Below are positions 10,474 through 20,643 of a stretch of 64,000 nt of DNA, piece after piece; positions within the stretch are counted from its first letter, which is position 1; each line of letters starts with the position of its first letter. Under the pieces are notes generated by a model that searched no databases, was not told the DNA's origin, and worked only from the letters and a program-made list of their open reading frames with translations. The translations under genes were made by a program, and so were the position numbers. Origin of the DNA: Candidatus Poribacteria bacterium (GTDB lineage: Bacteria > Poribacteria > WGA-4E > WGA-3G); contig CAXXUA010000003.1 in assembly GCA_963663765.2 (NCBI GenBank), positions 32,001 to 96,000 of the forward strand, read 5' to 3'.

Positions 10474-11163
10474 TTATTTTTTTATGTTTAGAAATTCGTA
10501 GGCATCAATTACTGCTTCACTCATGTCACGGACCTGGATGCCATCAGGAACAATCCCTTCCATAAGCGATTTTCTAATGGTTTCTAAATCATCTCTGGGA
10601 GATCCCCGAATTTCAAGGTGATCAACACCGTCACGATTATATCTTTTCACGAAGACGGTTCCGAGAATCGTTGGATATACCAATCCAGTAGCTGCAGAAC
10701 CTGTTATTCCTGTAGTCCGTATTCCTTGTTTCCACAATTTGATCTGAACGCGTTCCATTAATTCAAGAATCGGCGGGTCATTCTTGTAAAAATCCCAAGA
10801 AAACGGTTTTATGATGTAATCGTCAGGCACTTCTGGGAATGGACCGAACCCGTGGGGAGAAACGGGTACCCCTTCAGTATTTTCCGTTTCTTGTGGTTGT
10901 TCTGTCAGGTTTGCGTGAGTCTCACTGGGGACGGGTCTTTCTACACCTTCCGGACTTGTTTCGGTTATCGTTTTCTCTGCGGTCATGCTGGTATCTGTCT
11001 TTTGGGCTGCTTCCTGTTCGTGAGCAACTTCAGTAGTTTCAGCAGTGTCGTGTCTGTTGGGTGCAAACTGGTGCTGGTACCAAAAGTAGCATCCAATGCC
11101 GAAGAGAATCGCTAAGGCATAACCGCCAAGAATCCATTTATTGAAAAAGACTTCGCGAAACAT
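10474..11163 (-). CDS. membrane-anchored hypothetical protein, paralog 3 of 5
   Basis: Start moved to MFREV (ATG 11163, GGAGG RBS) by homology with the other copies. Confidence 0.88.
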   Translation of the reverse strand: MFREVFFNKWILGGYALAILFGIGCYFWYQHQFAPNRHDTAETTEVAHEQEAAQKTDTSMTAEKTITETSPEGVERPVPSETHANLTEQPQETENTEGVPVSPHGFGPFPEVPDDYIIKPFSWDFYKNDPPILELMERVQIKLWKQGIRTTGITGSAATGLVYPTILGTVFVKRYNRDGVDHLEIRGSPRDDLETIRKSLMEGIVPDGIQVRDMSEAVIDAYEFLNIKK

Positions 11164-11212
11164 TTTTGACCTCCTTATACCATCTCTAAATGACAAATTA
11201 CCATAATAAACT

Positions 11213-11299
11213 GTATGTCGGGTAGAGTTTGCGAAACCTTACATGGGAAATTTCCATATAATCATACGTGTCGGGTTTCGCAAACTCTACCCGACATAC
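11213..11299. repeat. REP-like doublet (26-bp perfect inverted repeat)
   Basis: GTATGTCGGGTAGAGTTTGCGAAACC ... GGTTTCGCAAACTCTACCCGACATAC. Confidence 0.8.
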
Positions 11300-11362
11300 G
11301 AAATAATGTTGATGAAAATAACGCCAAAAACATTGCCAAAATTAACAAAACGGATAATATTT

Positions 11363-12103
11363 TCATTTCAATTCCTCCTTTAGGAATTCATAAGGGTCAA
11401 TGCCTTCAGAGATATTTAAAACTGTGATATGTGATGGAATGTCACTTTCAAATAAAAAATGTGGCGGACAATGAGGGATACCGGGTACACCGCGATAGGG
11501 TAAAGAGTCTTTCGTGTCAGGATGTCCCTTCGCGCGACGCGCGTATCTTGCCACGCTACCATCGGGTAGATGGATATCATCCCATTCGACATAGATAGTT
11601 CCTCGAATCGTGGGGTAAACTAATCCGGACTCATAGCTAATTCCTATGCCCTCAGTGCGTATACCTTGTTTCCACAACTTAACATCAACTCGCATCATGA
11701 GTTCTTGATCTTTGTTAAGCGGCTTATCAAAAATATTTGGTGCGCGATATCCTGGTGGAATTTTAGGATACGGACCGAATCCATGTGGTGACACGCGAAC
11801 CTCTTCATTGTTTGCTGTTATCTCTTCAGTGTTTGTATCAGACTCCAAAACGACATCAGCATTTTTGATGATAGGTTCTTCTGTGGATGGTGTTGTCTTT
11901 TGTGTAGTTACATCGTCTGTCTGGGATCCCTTGTTGTTGGTTTTTGCCTTTTGGGTTGCTACCTGTTCACGAGCAACTTCAGCAGTGTCGTGTCTGTTAG
12001 GTGCAAACTGGTGCTGGTACCAAAAGTAGCAACCAATACCGAAAACAATCGCTAAGGCATAACCGCCAAGAATCCATTTATTGAAAAAGACTTCACGAAA
12101 CAT
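11363..12103 (-). CDS. membrane-anchored hypothetical protein, paralog 4 of 5
   Basis: Same N-terminus as the other copies; divergent C-terminal domain with conserved motifs. Confidence 0.88.
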   Translation of the reverse strand: MFREVFFNKWILGGYALAIVFGIGCYFWYQHQFAPNRHDTAEVAREQVATQKAKTNNKGSQTDDVTTQKTTPSTEEPIIKNADVVLESDTNTEEITANNEEVRVSPHGFGPYPKIPPGYRAPNIFDKPLNKDQELMMRVDVKLWKQGIRTEGIGISYESGLVYPTIRGTIYVEWDDIHLPDGSVARYARRAKGHPDTKDSLPYRGVPGIPHCPPHFLFESDIPSHITVLNISEGIDPYEFLKEELK

Positions 12104-12214
12104 TTTTGACCTCCTTTATTTGCTTGAATTGAGATAATCAGGACTTATGCATTTCCTATAAAGTTCCCTTTTAACAAGTTATTCCTATTCTAATTATTTC
12201 TATGCCATGTCTCC

Positions 12215-12293
12215 GTAGGTCGGTTAAGACACGAAACCCGATATGTATTGATTGTGGATATCATGTCAGGTTTCGTGGCGCTACCCGACCTAC
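12215..12293. repeat. GTAG-type REP doublet
   Basis: GTAGGTCGG...CACGAAACC and inverted GGTTTCGTG...CCGACCTAC. Confidence 0.65.
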
Positions 12294-12300
12294 AGCAGAA

Positions 12301-13071
12301 CTACCTATCATAACGAGAACGAGCATTAAAACTTGCTTCATCATAAGAATTAACTGTTTGCAGGTTAAGAAATTTGTACGGGTCTATACCCGCTTTATCA
12401 TAATCAAAAACTGTTAAACCCGCAGGTATCGTGCCAGACTCGTACATTTGATCAACAACATCATCAGACATATCCTTCGGATGTCCTGTAATGTCAATTA
12501 TGTCTTTGCCATTATCGCTCCTCTTGATATAAACGATACCGCGTCTGATAGGATATAGCAATCCTCTTTCGGCAGTGATCCCCTCAGATTTAACACCTTG
12601 CTTCCATAACTTGATGCGAACACGTGACATGAGCTCATCCTGAAGGGTTTCCCCCCAGAATTCCCATTTGAATTTGGATGGGGGAATAGGATAATCCTTT
12701 GGTATATCTGGATAGGGTCCAAATCCGAAAGGTGATACAGGTACATCTGCTGTTTCTGCGTTTTGTGCAGAAGTATCGGTTTGTGCTTGTGTCGGTTTTG
12801 TGTTTTTGGTCACGGGAGTTGTTTCGGTTATCGTTTTCTCTGCAGTTGGGTTTGTAACATCCGCAGGCGTATTGGTTTCATCTTGTGGCGTGTTGTTGGT
12901 TTTTGCTTTTTGGGTTGCTTCTCGCCCGCGAGCAACTTCAGTAGTTTCGATAGCGTCATGTTTGTAGGGTGCAAACTGGTGCTGGTACCAAAAGTAGCAA
13001 CCAATACCGAAAACAATCGCTAAGGCATAACCGCCAAGGATCCATTTATTGAAAAAGACTTCGCGAAACAT
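12301..13071 (-). CDS. membrane-anchored hypothetical protein, paralog 5 of 5
   Basis: Same N-terminus, divergent C-terminus; most promoter-proximal copy. Confidence 0.88.
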   Translation of the reverse strand: MFREVFFNKWILGGYALAIVFGIGCYFWYQHQFAPYKHDAIETTEVARGREATQKAKTNNTPQDETNTPADVTNPTAEKTITETTPVTKNTKPTQAQTDTSAQNAETADVPVSPFGFGPYPDIPKDYPIPPSKFKWEFWGETLQDELMSRVRIKLWKQGVKSEGITAERGLLYPIRRGIVYIKRSDNGKDIIDITGHPKDMSDDVVDQMYESGTIPAGLTVFDYDKAGIDPYKFLNLQTVNSYDEASFNARSRYDR

Positions 13072-13103
13072 TTTTGACCTCCTTTTTTGCTTGAATTGAG
13101 ATA

Positions 13104-13131
13104 ATTATACAATATGTAAAAAAAAATGCAA
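13104..13131 (-). promoter_or_regulatory. sigma70-like promoter of the paralog array
   Basis: TTGCAT-16 nt (poly-T)-TATAAT about 30 nt upstream of ATG 13071. Confidence 0.55.
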
Positions 13132-13181
13132 CAAATTAAAATAAAAAAAGTAGAAATTGTGAGAAATTTGCTGAATTCGCG

Positions 13182-14936
13182 CTATTTTTCTGGTTGAGAG
13201 CTATATTTTAACACACCGTCTGCATCGGTGAAGCGTAAGTATAATGCCCAGGTCCAGCTGTTCTGTTCGACGCTGCATAAGACTTCGTTCCATCCTGCTT
13301 TCAACTTACACGGTATCTTATCGGCATCTGGTGTTATGCGGCGGTAGACCCGTTTTTTGTGGATTTCAGTTCCGTTGAGCCATACGTTCACTGTCTCATC
13401 GCTGCCAAGTAGTAGGACAGTGTCCATCGCTTTTGGTGCATAGACGTAGGATACGCAGTATCCTACCACGGCTGACTGCATGCCGAAGTTTGCACGAAAA
13501 TTTAGTAGACCGTTTGTATTTGTTTTGGCTTCACGCCATCGGACTGTTTTGCCATCTTTGTCTGTGTAGGATACGTTTAGATTGAGTATGTTTTCTGTGG
13601 AAATGGAGGAAACAATTGTGTTTATGTCTGTCTTGGGGATTGGTCCTAATATCATATAACGACTAACAAAAGGAGAAGCATGCAGGATTTGATAGGAATC
13701 GACCCCGACTTTGTAGCCTGTTGCTTGCGTTGATTTACCGATGTTTTTTACGACAATCTGGTTCTCACCCTTGTTCAGCGGAATATTTCCAAACTTAACC
13801 AACGTTCCTGCTACATGTTCAGGATGGTAGCAATCGTACGGTGTACCGACTTTTTTGCCGTTGACGTTGAGTTCTGCATGTCCATATTCTGGTCCGCGGG
13901 TTAAGATAGCACTAATTTCGTATAGGTTTCCATAAGGCACTTTCATCGTTTGATGCACTGATATATCAACCGTTTTAGCGTTGAGCGCGACATGCCCTCC
14001 ATCAATATCAATACTTGCATCACGATAACTTTCTAATCTATATCCATCCGATTCCTGTTTGACTAACATTGCTATTGCTGATTTTGTGTTCTTTGGTGGT
14101 ATCTTCCACGCTTTTTCATACCAAAACTGTGGGAGTGCGTAAATATGGCGAGCTTCGTTTGTTAGGTAAAGATTATATCCTTCAAAACAGATTGCCTCTC
14201 CTTGAAAATTGTGTCTTAATATCCAGGGCTTGTTTTTGATCGTTTGTACTATATCGCCAGTATTGTTGTGGTAGACCCACAGTGCGTTGTAGGTGCAGAC
14301 TGCAAGCCGTTTGCCATCTGTTGAAATACCTGCGCCTGTAACTAACCTTGCATCTGTGACTTCACCGACCCGTTCCAGAACCTGCTTTGAGTCTGCTTTC
14401 AATTCTGGGAAACGGTAAAGCACTGCAATCGCTTGTTCTTTGGAGACTATATACGGGATTCCATCAGCAATAAACAATCCTTCCGCGTCTATATTGTTAC
14501 CGGGATATTTGTATGGGTATTTAGCAATGATTTCTGCTTCTTTTTCAGTGTGTGGGTTCGGTTCTTTGATGACAACCACATTTAAATCCATTCGCATTCT
14601 GCTATTGTTGCCGATGTCACCGATCCAGAGTTGTCCTTTGGTGTCAATAGCGAGTGCTTCCCAGTCTCGGTTTCGTGTGCCTAACACTTTGATTTCTTGG
14701 ATGAGTTCACCATTGCGTTTTGTTGCGTAAAGTGCTGTGGGATTTCCAGAGTCGTTCAATGTCCAATAGACACCATCAAACTGTTTGCTTGCGACAATGC
14801 CGGAACTTTCTCGAATATCGGGATGTGTATATTTACCTGCGGGTTGCCACGGTGGCGTACCGAATGTTGTTGGTTCTTCAGCGATAGTGAATGTTGCGGT
14901 AAGGATAATGATTAGTGGGTAAAGTAGCAATCTCAT
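13182..14936 (-). CDS. secreted protein, beta-propeller-like N-terminus plus beta-sandwich (carbohydrate-binding-like) domains
   Basis: Signal peptide; ESSG, NDSG, DWE, GDIGNN and QGEAI motifs; C-terminal LGSDE...WLNG...LKAGWN module. Confidence 0.75.
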   Translation of the reverse strand: MRLLLYPLIIILTATFTIAEEPTTFGTPPWQPAGKYTHPDIRESSGIVASKQFDGVYWTLNDSGNPTALYATKRNGELIQEIKVLGTRNRDWEALAIDTKGQLWIGDIGNNSRMRMDLNVVVIKEPNPHTEKEAEIIAKYPYKYPGNNIDAEGLFIADGIPYIVSKEQAIAVLYRFPELKADSKQVLERVGEVTDARLVTGAGISTDGKRLAVCTYNALWVYHNNTGDIVQTIKNKPWILRHNFQGEAICFEGYNLYLTNEARHIYALPQFWYEKAWKIPPKNTKSAIAMLVKQESDGYRLESYRDASIDIDGGHVALNAKTVDISVHQTMKVPYGNLYEISAILTRGPEYGHAELNVNGKKVGTPYDCYHPEHVAGTLVKFGNIPLNKGENQIVVKNIGKSTQATGYKVGVDSYQILHASPFVSRYMILGPIPKTDINTIVSSISTENILNLNVSYTDKDGKTVRWREAKTNTNGLLNFRANFGMQSAVVGYCVSYVYAPKAMDTVLLLGSDETVNVWLNGTEIHKKRVYRRITPDADKIPCKLKAGWNEVLCSVEQNSWTWALYLRFTDADGVLKYSSQPEK

Positions 14937-15003
14937 GTATGGATAATTCCTTTGTAGTTCTTGAATTTTGGTGTCTATATGACCGAGTATCTATGAATAT
15001 GTT

Positions 15004-15159
15004 ATACCAATTCTAATAAATCTTGTCTCATTAAGGAATTCTACTGTTTACTGGCAGGGGGTTACTCTCTTCGGTAGGAGCGACCTCCCGGTCGCGACCG
15101 TGATGTCGCTCCTACCAGATTTCCGCTGCTAATGAGACATTATCACATGAAAATGGTAT
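15004..15159. mobile_element. IS630-like MITE (ATACC...GGTAT) with a GTAG REP doublet
   Basis: Inverted near-identical copies at 45187..45342 and about 53585..53735; internal GTAGGAGCGACC...GTCGCTCCTAC. Confidence 0.85.
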
Positions 15160-15175
15160 TATGTCAATTTACAGA

Positions 15176-17644
15176 TCAACGTGCATCGTCAATATCAGAG
15201 TATATACGCAGATCAGGAAGTTGCTTGCGAAGTCTGCGAATTTGGGACATATCTTGAATTGGATTTTCTTGAATATGCAGAACTTCTAACTGTTTCAAGT
15301 TTTCTATAGGACTAATGTCCCGAATTTGGTTTTTAGCTAATCTTAACAAATTTAGCTTTGTCATTCCCACAATCGGTTTGAAGTCCCGAATTTGATTATT
15401 GGAAAGTGATAGACTTGTAAGTTGTGTTATGTTTTGAAGCGGGGAAATATCTTGAATTTGGTTATCGTAAAGGCTTAATTCTGTAAGACGGGGCATTTTA
15501 GCCAATACTGTTCCGAGTTGTGTGATATTCTTCAGCTGATTATTTGACAATGATAGCGTCGTTAACCGCGTCAATGTAACAAGAGGGGTTAGGTCCTGTA
15601 AAGGACAATCCCGAATCGATAAGTTGGTGAGTTGTTTTAATTGTGCAATTGGTGTGATGTCACTGATTTGTGTTCCGCGGATTCTTAATGTGCTGAGATG
15701 CCTCAGTTCTGACAACCATGTGATGTCGCTAATCTGATTATTGACAAGCGATAAGTTGTTAAGATGTTTCAACCTACTGATAGGTGTAAAGTCCATTATT
15801 GGGTTATCCCCGATACGTAGGGAGTCAAGTAGTTTCAAATTTGAGATGGGTGTTATGTCGGTAATCTGATTTTCTTGGATTGTTAAGTGCCAAAGAAATC
15901 TCAATTCCGCGAGAGGTGTAATATCATTAATTTGGTTACTTGCAATAAATAATTCACGTAAGTTCTTTAGTTTGGCAAGCGGTGTGATGTCTGTAATTTT
16001 TCCACGGCTTATTGATAAGGTCGTGAGTTGTGGCAATTCTTCAAGGGGTGTAAGGTCGTTGATCTGATTGTGTTTAGTTTCATCTATAACGTGAACTTCC
16101 CTGAAACGCAACGTTGTAAGATTCTTCAATCCGACAAGTGGACTGATGTCTCTAATCTGATTTGCACCGAGTGATAAAATACATAGATTTGTTAAACCAG
16201 CAAGTGGGGTTAGGTCACTTATTTGGTTGTCTGAAAGGAATAAGAATTCTAGCTGTGTTAAACCAGCAAGTGGGGTTAGGTCACTTATTTGATTATATGA
16301 CAGTTGTAGACTTTTCAATTTCATCAGCCCTTTTAGGGGGGATATATCTTTAACCTGATTTCCTGCAACCTTTAAAGTCTCTAAACTTGTAGCTAATTCC
16401 AATCCAGTGAGATCAGTTATACCTTCAAGGTAGTCCAATTTTTTCAACGACCTGAGTCTCTCTTTAGTAATAGAGCTGGTTTGGCTTAATCCGAGTGCTT
16501 TTCGCACTGCAGCAGCTAAGTTCGGATCGGGTATAAGCTGGGATTGCGAATTAGAGGTTGCATCTTGGATTGGAGCGTCCTTTGAAGGTAAACTTTCCTG
16601 TTGTTCACTGTACTTTTGTTCACTGATCTGTTTAATATTTTCCACAAGACTCATATCATCGATCTGATTGTGTGCAACTTCTAAGTACTCCAGTTGTGAT
16701 AAGTCATTCAGCGAGGAAATATCGGTAATCACGTTGTGTTTGAGTTCCAAACGTTTTAACTTTGTCAACCCTTTGAGAGGCGAAGTATCTTTGATGTCAT
16801 TGCGATTGAGATATAGATATTCAAGATCAGACAATGTACTAAGCGGGGTTAGATCACTGATTTCGTTGCTGGTTAGCGATAATGTCTTGAGTTTTGTAAA
16901 TCCTTTGAGGGGTGTAATGTCACCGATTTCATTGCGTTCAAGTTTTAATACCGTGAGTTGGGTGAGGTCTGAAAGCGGCATAATGTCACTTATTTCGTTG
17001 TAGGAAAGGTAGAGTTTCTCCAGCATCGTCAAGTTTTTAAGACCCGAAATATCTGAAAGTTGATTATTTAAAAGCACTAATGTTTTCAGTTGTGGTAAAT
17101 CAGAGAGTGGTGTAATGTCACTGATTTCATTGTGACCAAAATTTAAGGATTTAAATTGTTTCAAATTCGAGAGTGGTAATAGATCTACAACATGGTTCGC
17201 AGAAATATCTAAATGAGACAATTTCTTTAGTCTACTAACCGGTTTAATGTTGACAATATCATTATATTCAAGCCATAGAAATTCCAACTTTTTCAATTTT
17301 GACAGCGGCTTGATGTCTGTTATCTGATTTTTGGTAAGTCCTAATAAATACAAGTTTTTTAATTTACTAATAGGTGTGAGATCTGAAATCTGATTATGGT
17401 AAAGTGATAAAGTTGTCAAGCCTTTTGCTTGTTCTAAACCTGTTAAGTCTTTTATATCTTTCTCCGAGACCGTCAGGTCTTTTAGTTCTTTCAGTTTATT
17501 GTTCATGATAGGTTCATCAGGAGCTAAACCCAATTCTTCCCTGATAGCTGCAGCTAAATTCGGGTCGGGGAACTCTACGGGTTCTGGTGCGGAACAGCTA
17601 CTAAATGCAATGAGTAGTACAAAAAGCAGGCAAATCTGTTTCAT
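15176..17644 (-). CDS. internalin-like leucine-rich repeat lipoprotein
   Basis: Lipobox-like FSSC, two PDPNLAAA caps, many 22-aa LxxLxLxxNQISDITPL repeats. Confidence 0.92.
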   Translation of the reverse strand: MKQICLLFVLLIAFSSCSAPEPVEFPDPNLAAAIREELGLAPDEPIMNNKLKELKDLTVSEKDIKDLTGLEQAKGLTTLSLYHNQISDLTPISKLKNLYLLGLTKNQITDIKPLSKLKKLEFLWLEYNDIVNIKPVSRLKKLSHLDISANHVVDLLPLSNLKQFKSLNFGHNEISDITPLSDLPQLKTLVLLNNQLSDISGLKNLTMLEKLYLSYNEISDIMPLSDLTQLTVLKLERNEIGDITPLKGFTKLKTLSLTSNEISDLTPLSTLSDLEYLYLNRNDIKDTSPLKGLTKLKRLELKHNVITDISSLNDLSQLEYLEVAHNQIDDMSLVENIKQISEQKYSEQQESLPSKDAPIQDATSNSQSQLIPDPNLAAAVRKALGLSQTSSITKERLRSLKKLDYLEGITDLTGLELATSLETLKVAGNQVKDISPLKGLMKLKSLQLSYNQISDLTPLAGLTQLEFLFLSDNQISDLTPLAGLTNLCILSLGANQIRDISPLVGLKNLTTLRFREVHVIDETKHNQINDLTPLEELPQLTTLSISRGKITDITPLAKLKNLRELFIASNQINDITPLAELRFLWHLTIQENQITDITPISNLKLLDSLRIGDNPIMDFTPISRLKHLNNLSLVNNQISDITWLSELRHLSTLRIRGTQISDITPIAQLKQLTNLSIRDCPLQDLTPLVTLTRLTTLSLSNNQLKNITQLGTVLAKMPRLTELSLYDNQIQDISPLQNITQLTSLSLSNNQIRDFKPIVGMTKLNLLRLAKNQIRDISPIENLKQLEVLHIQENPIQDMSQIRRLRKQLPDLRIYSDIDDAR

Positions 17645-17650
17645 GACGTT

Positions 17651-19522
17651 TTACTCCTTATTTTGAATGTTATCAATATCAACTTTCAAATTTGGTTTAT
17701 GTGTGCGTAGTCGTTGAATCGGTGAAATATCCTGAATTGGATTCCCGCTAATAAAAAGATGTGTTAACCGATTAAAGTTCTCAATGATGCTGATATCCCG
17801 AATTTGGTTACCACTAAGGGACAATATCGTAAGACTGTTCATTCCAGAGAGAGGGACTATGTCTTTGATTTGATTGTTGCCAATGGATAATTGTTTGAGG
17901 GATTTTATAGTTGCAATATTCGTAAGGTCACTTATCTGATTTCCATTTAACCTTATACCTAAAAGCTGGGAATGTTCCTTAAATTGAGGAATATTTATGA
18001 TTTTATTTTTATCAAGCCCTAAATTGAGAAGTTTCGTTAATCCAGTGATTACTGTGATATCACTGATCTGATTATTACTGAAGTCTAAGGACAAAAGTTT
18101 TGTTAAATTTCTGATCGGTGTGATATCGCTAATTTGATTGTCTTCAAGCGATAAAGCTGAAAGGTTCGTCAAATTATACATTGGAGAAATGTCAACAATT
18201 TGGTTTCTATCGAGATATAGAAAAAATAATCGTGTTAATTCAGCAAGGGGTGTGATGTTGGTGATATGATTATTCCTGAGATTTAACTGACTCAGTTGTG
18301 TCAATCCTGCCAGCGGTGTGATATCGCCGATTTTATTGTTGTAGAGATTTAACGTCTCAAGCTGTGTCATATTAGCAAGTGGTGCTATATCATTAATATT
18401 GTTATTGTAGAGATTTAACTTCTCAAGCTGTGTCATATTAGCAAGTGGTGTGATATCATTAATTTTATTGTTGTAGAGTTTTAATGTTTTAAGTTGTGTC
18501 AATTTCCCAAGCGGTGTGATATCACTGATCTGATTATCATTAAGCATTAGTGCTGTCAGTTTCGGCAATCCTTCAAAAAATGAAACGATAGGTGTCAGAT
18601 CTTGAATTTGATTATTCTCAAGTCCTAAGTCCGAAAGTTCTTTTAATCCATTGATGTGTTCGATCTCTTTAACTTGGTTGCCTTCAAGCGATAGTCTCCG
18701 AAGTCGAGTCAATCCAGACAATGGTGTGAGGTCGCTAATCTGATTACCTTCAAGCGATAAACCCCGAAGCTGAGTCAATTTAGACAATGGTGTGAGGTCG
18801 CTAATCTGATTACTACTAAGGAATAAACCCCAAAGTCGAGTCAATTCAGACAATGGTGTGAGGTCGCTAATCTGATTACTACTAAGTACTAAGCTCGTCA
18901 GTTTTGATAATTTTGTGAGTGGTGTGATGTCTTGGATTTCATTATTACCAATAGATAAGGTGTGCAGCTGCGACAAATTTACCACGGATGTAAGGTCTAT
19001 AATTTTATTATTGGATAAAGATGATTTTTCCAATTGCACAAGTCCTGCCAAGGGTGTGATATTTTGGATTCGATTCCTTTGTAGGGATAAATCTGTAAGT
19101 TCTTTCAATCCACTGAGCGGGGTGATGTCACTAATATGGTTACTTTCAAGAGAGAGCTTCTCAAGTCGTATTAACTCAGACAATGGAGTGATGTCCGTAA
19201 TTTGATTAGAATTTAGGCTTAACGAGATAAGATTTGTTAATCCAGCAAGAGGGGTAATATCTGAAATTTGACCACTTTTAATTGATAAACTTGTTAAATG
19301 TGTTATTTTTTCTATACCTGTCAAATCACTGATATTGTGTTCACCTGTAGATAACTTTCCTAATTCTTCCAACTTCTTTTGTGTGATAGGTTCATCAGGG
19401 GACAAACCCAATTCTTCCCGGATAGCTGCAGCTAAATTCGGGTCGGGGAACTCTACGCGTTCTGGTGCGGAACAGCTAATAAATGCAATGAGTAGTACAA
19501 AAAGCAGGTAAATTTGTTTCAT
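17651..19522 (-). CDS. internalin-like leucine-rich repeat lipoprotein
   Basis: FISC lipobox-like motif, GGAGG RBS, 22-aa LRRs; 5' end nearly identical to the neighbouring gene. Confidence 0.92.
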   Translation of the reverse strand: MKQIYLLFVLLIAFISCSAPERVEFPDPNLAAAIREELGLSPDEPITQKKLEELGKLSTGEHNISDLTGIEKITHLTSLSIKSGQISDITPLAGLTNLISLSLNSNQITDITPLSELIRLEKLSLESNHISDITPLSGLKELTDLSLQRNRIQNITPLAGLVQLEKSSLSNNKIIDLTSVVNLSQLHTLSIGNNEIQDITPLTKLSKLTSLVLSSNQISDLTPLSELTRLWGLFLSSNQISDLTPLSKLTQLRGLSLEGNQISDLTPLSGLTRLRRLSLEGNQVKEIEHINGLKELSDLGLENNQIQDLTPIVSFFEGLPKLTALMLNDNQISDITPLGKLTQLKTLKLYNNKINDITPLANMTQLEKLNLYNNNINDIAPLANMTQLETLNLYNNKIGDITPLAGLTQLSQLNLRNNHITNITPLAELTRLFFLYLDRNQIVDISPMYNLTNLSALSLEDNQISDITPIRNLTKLLSLDFSNNQISDITVITGLTKLLNLGLDKNKIINIPQFKEHSQLLGIRLNGNQISDLTNIATIKSLKQLSIGNNQIKDIVPLSGMNSLTILSLSGNQIRDISIIENFNRLTHLFISGNPIQDISPIQRLRTHKPNLKVDIDNIQNKE

Positions 19523-19700
19523 TGTATTATTCCTCCTAAGTATGTTCTACTTAGTGATAAAAGAGGGATAGGAATTGTCGGGGATTAAACGCTTGTTGGA
19601 TGTTAATCTAACACATTGCCTCTTAGATTTCAATCTTTATTCTTATGTTTTGAATGTATTATCGCTTGCAGAATGAAGATAATTCCGTTATAGTTATTGT

Positions 19701-20627
19701 ATGACTTCAGGCAACCAAACACTTACAGTAATTGATGGAATACAGGTCGGACACGCGACAGATTTGAAAGCGCGGACAGGATGTACTGTTATCCTCTGTC
19801 CCGATGGAGCGACAGCAGGTGTTGATGTGCGCGGTGCTGCCCCCGGTACACGAGAAACAGAATCAATTCGTCCAGGACGTTTAATCCAGAAAGTACATGC
19901 TATCCTGTTGACAGGTGGAAGTGCCTTCGGATTAGATGCTGCGGGTGGTGTCGTCCAATACCTTGAGGAAAATGGCGTTGGGTTTGGTGCGGGTGAAATT
20001 CGTGTCCCGATTGTTCCTGCAGCAGTCATTTTTGACCTATTTGTTGGTGATGCCAAGGTGCGTCCAAATAGAGAAATGGGTTATCAGGCGTGCCTTGATG
20101 CAACATCTGAATCCGTTGCGATGGGTACTGTCGGTGCTGGAACAGGTGCGACCGTAGGTAAAGCACAGGGTGTTATGCCTTCACAGGGGGGTGTGGGTTC
20201 AGTATGTCAACGACTTGATAATGGACTAATCGTTGCTGCGCTGACAGTTGTGAATGCGTTGGGAAACATCGTAAATCCCACAACAGGAGAGATTATCGCT
20301 GGAGGTAAAGTAGATGGACGTTTCGTGGACATCACAGAACGACTCTTAGATGCAAATGTTGTTCCCGGTACGAATACAACTATAGGTGTTGTTACGACAA
20401 ATGCCACGCTTACTGTAGCAGAAGCGACACGGGTTGCAGAGATGGCACACGATGGGATGGCACGTGCGATTCGTCCATCGCATACTATGTTTGATGGTGA
20501 TACGGTGTTTACCCTTGCTACAGGTGCACATGTTGGCAGTAGCGTCAATACTGTTGGTATACTTGCGGCGGAGGTGGTTGCTGAGGCAATTGTTGCTGCG
20601 GTAACTGCTATTGCTGTTGCCGATTAG
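19701..20627 (+). CDS. peptidase S58 (DmpA/P1 family)
   Basis: Motifs TGCTV, DVRGAAPGTRET, GGSAFGL, G/NTTIG and HTMFDGD. Confidence 0.92.
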   Translation: MTSGNQTLTVIDGIQVGHATDLKARTGCTVILCPDGATAGVDVRGAAPGTRETESIRPGRLIQKVHAILLTGGSAFGLDAAGGVVQYLEENGVGFGAGEIRVPIVPAAVIFDLFVGDAKVRPNREMGYQACLDATSESVAMGTVGAGTGATVGKAQGVMPSQGGVGSVCQRLDNGLIVAALTVVNALGNIVNPTTGEIIAGGKVDGRFVDITERLLDANVVPGTNTTIGVVTTNATLTVAEATRVAEMAHDGMARAIRPSHTMFDGDTVFTLATGAHVGSSVNTVGILAAEVVAEAIVAAVTAIAVAD

Positions 20628-20643
20628 CGATTTTCAAGGTCTA

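Noticed and set aside
8248-11163. Diversity-generating retroelement acting on the paralogs
   Set aside because: Several differences involve adenine, but others do not (for example GTC/GTT) or run in both directions. No reverse transcriptase or non-coding template repeat is visible.
13110-13126. Phase-variable poly-T promoter spacer
   Set aside because: A 9-nt A/T run is unremarkable in this AT-rich DNA, and there is no evidence of length variation.
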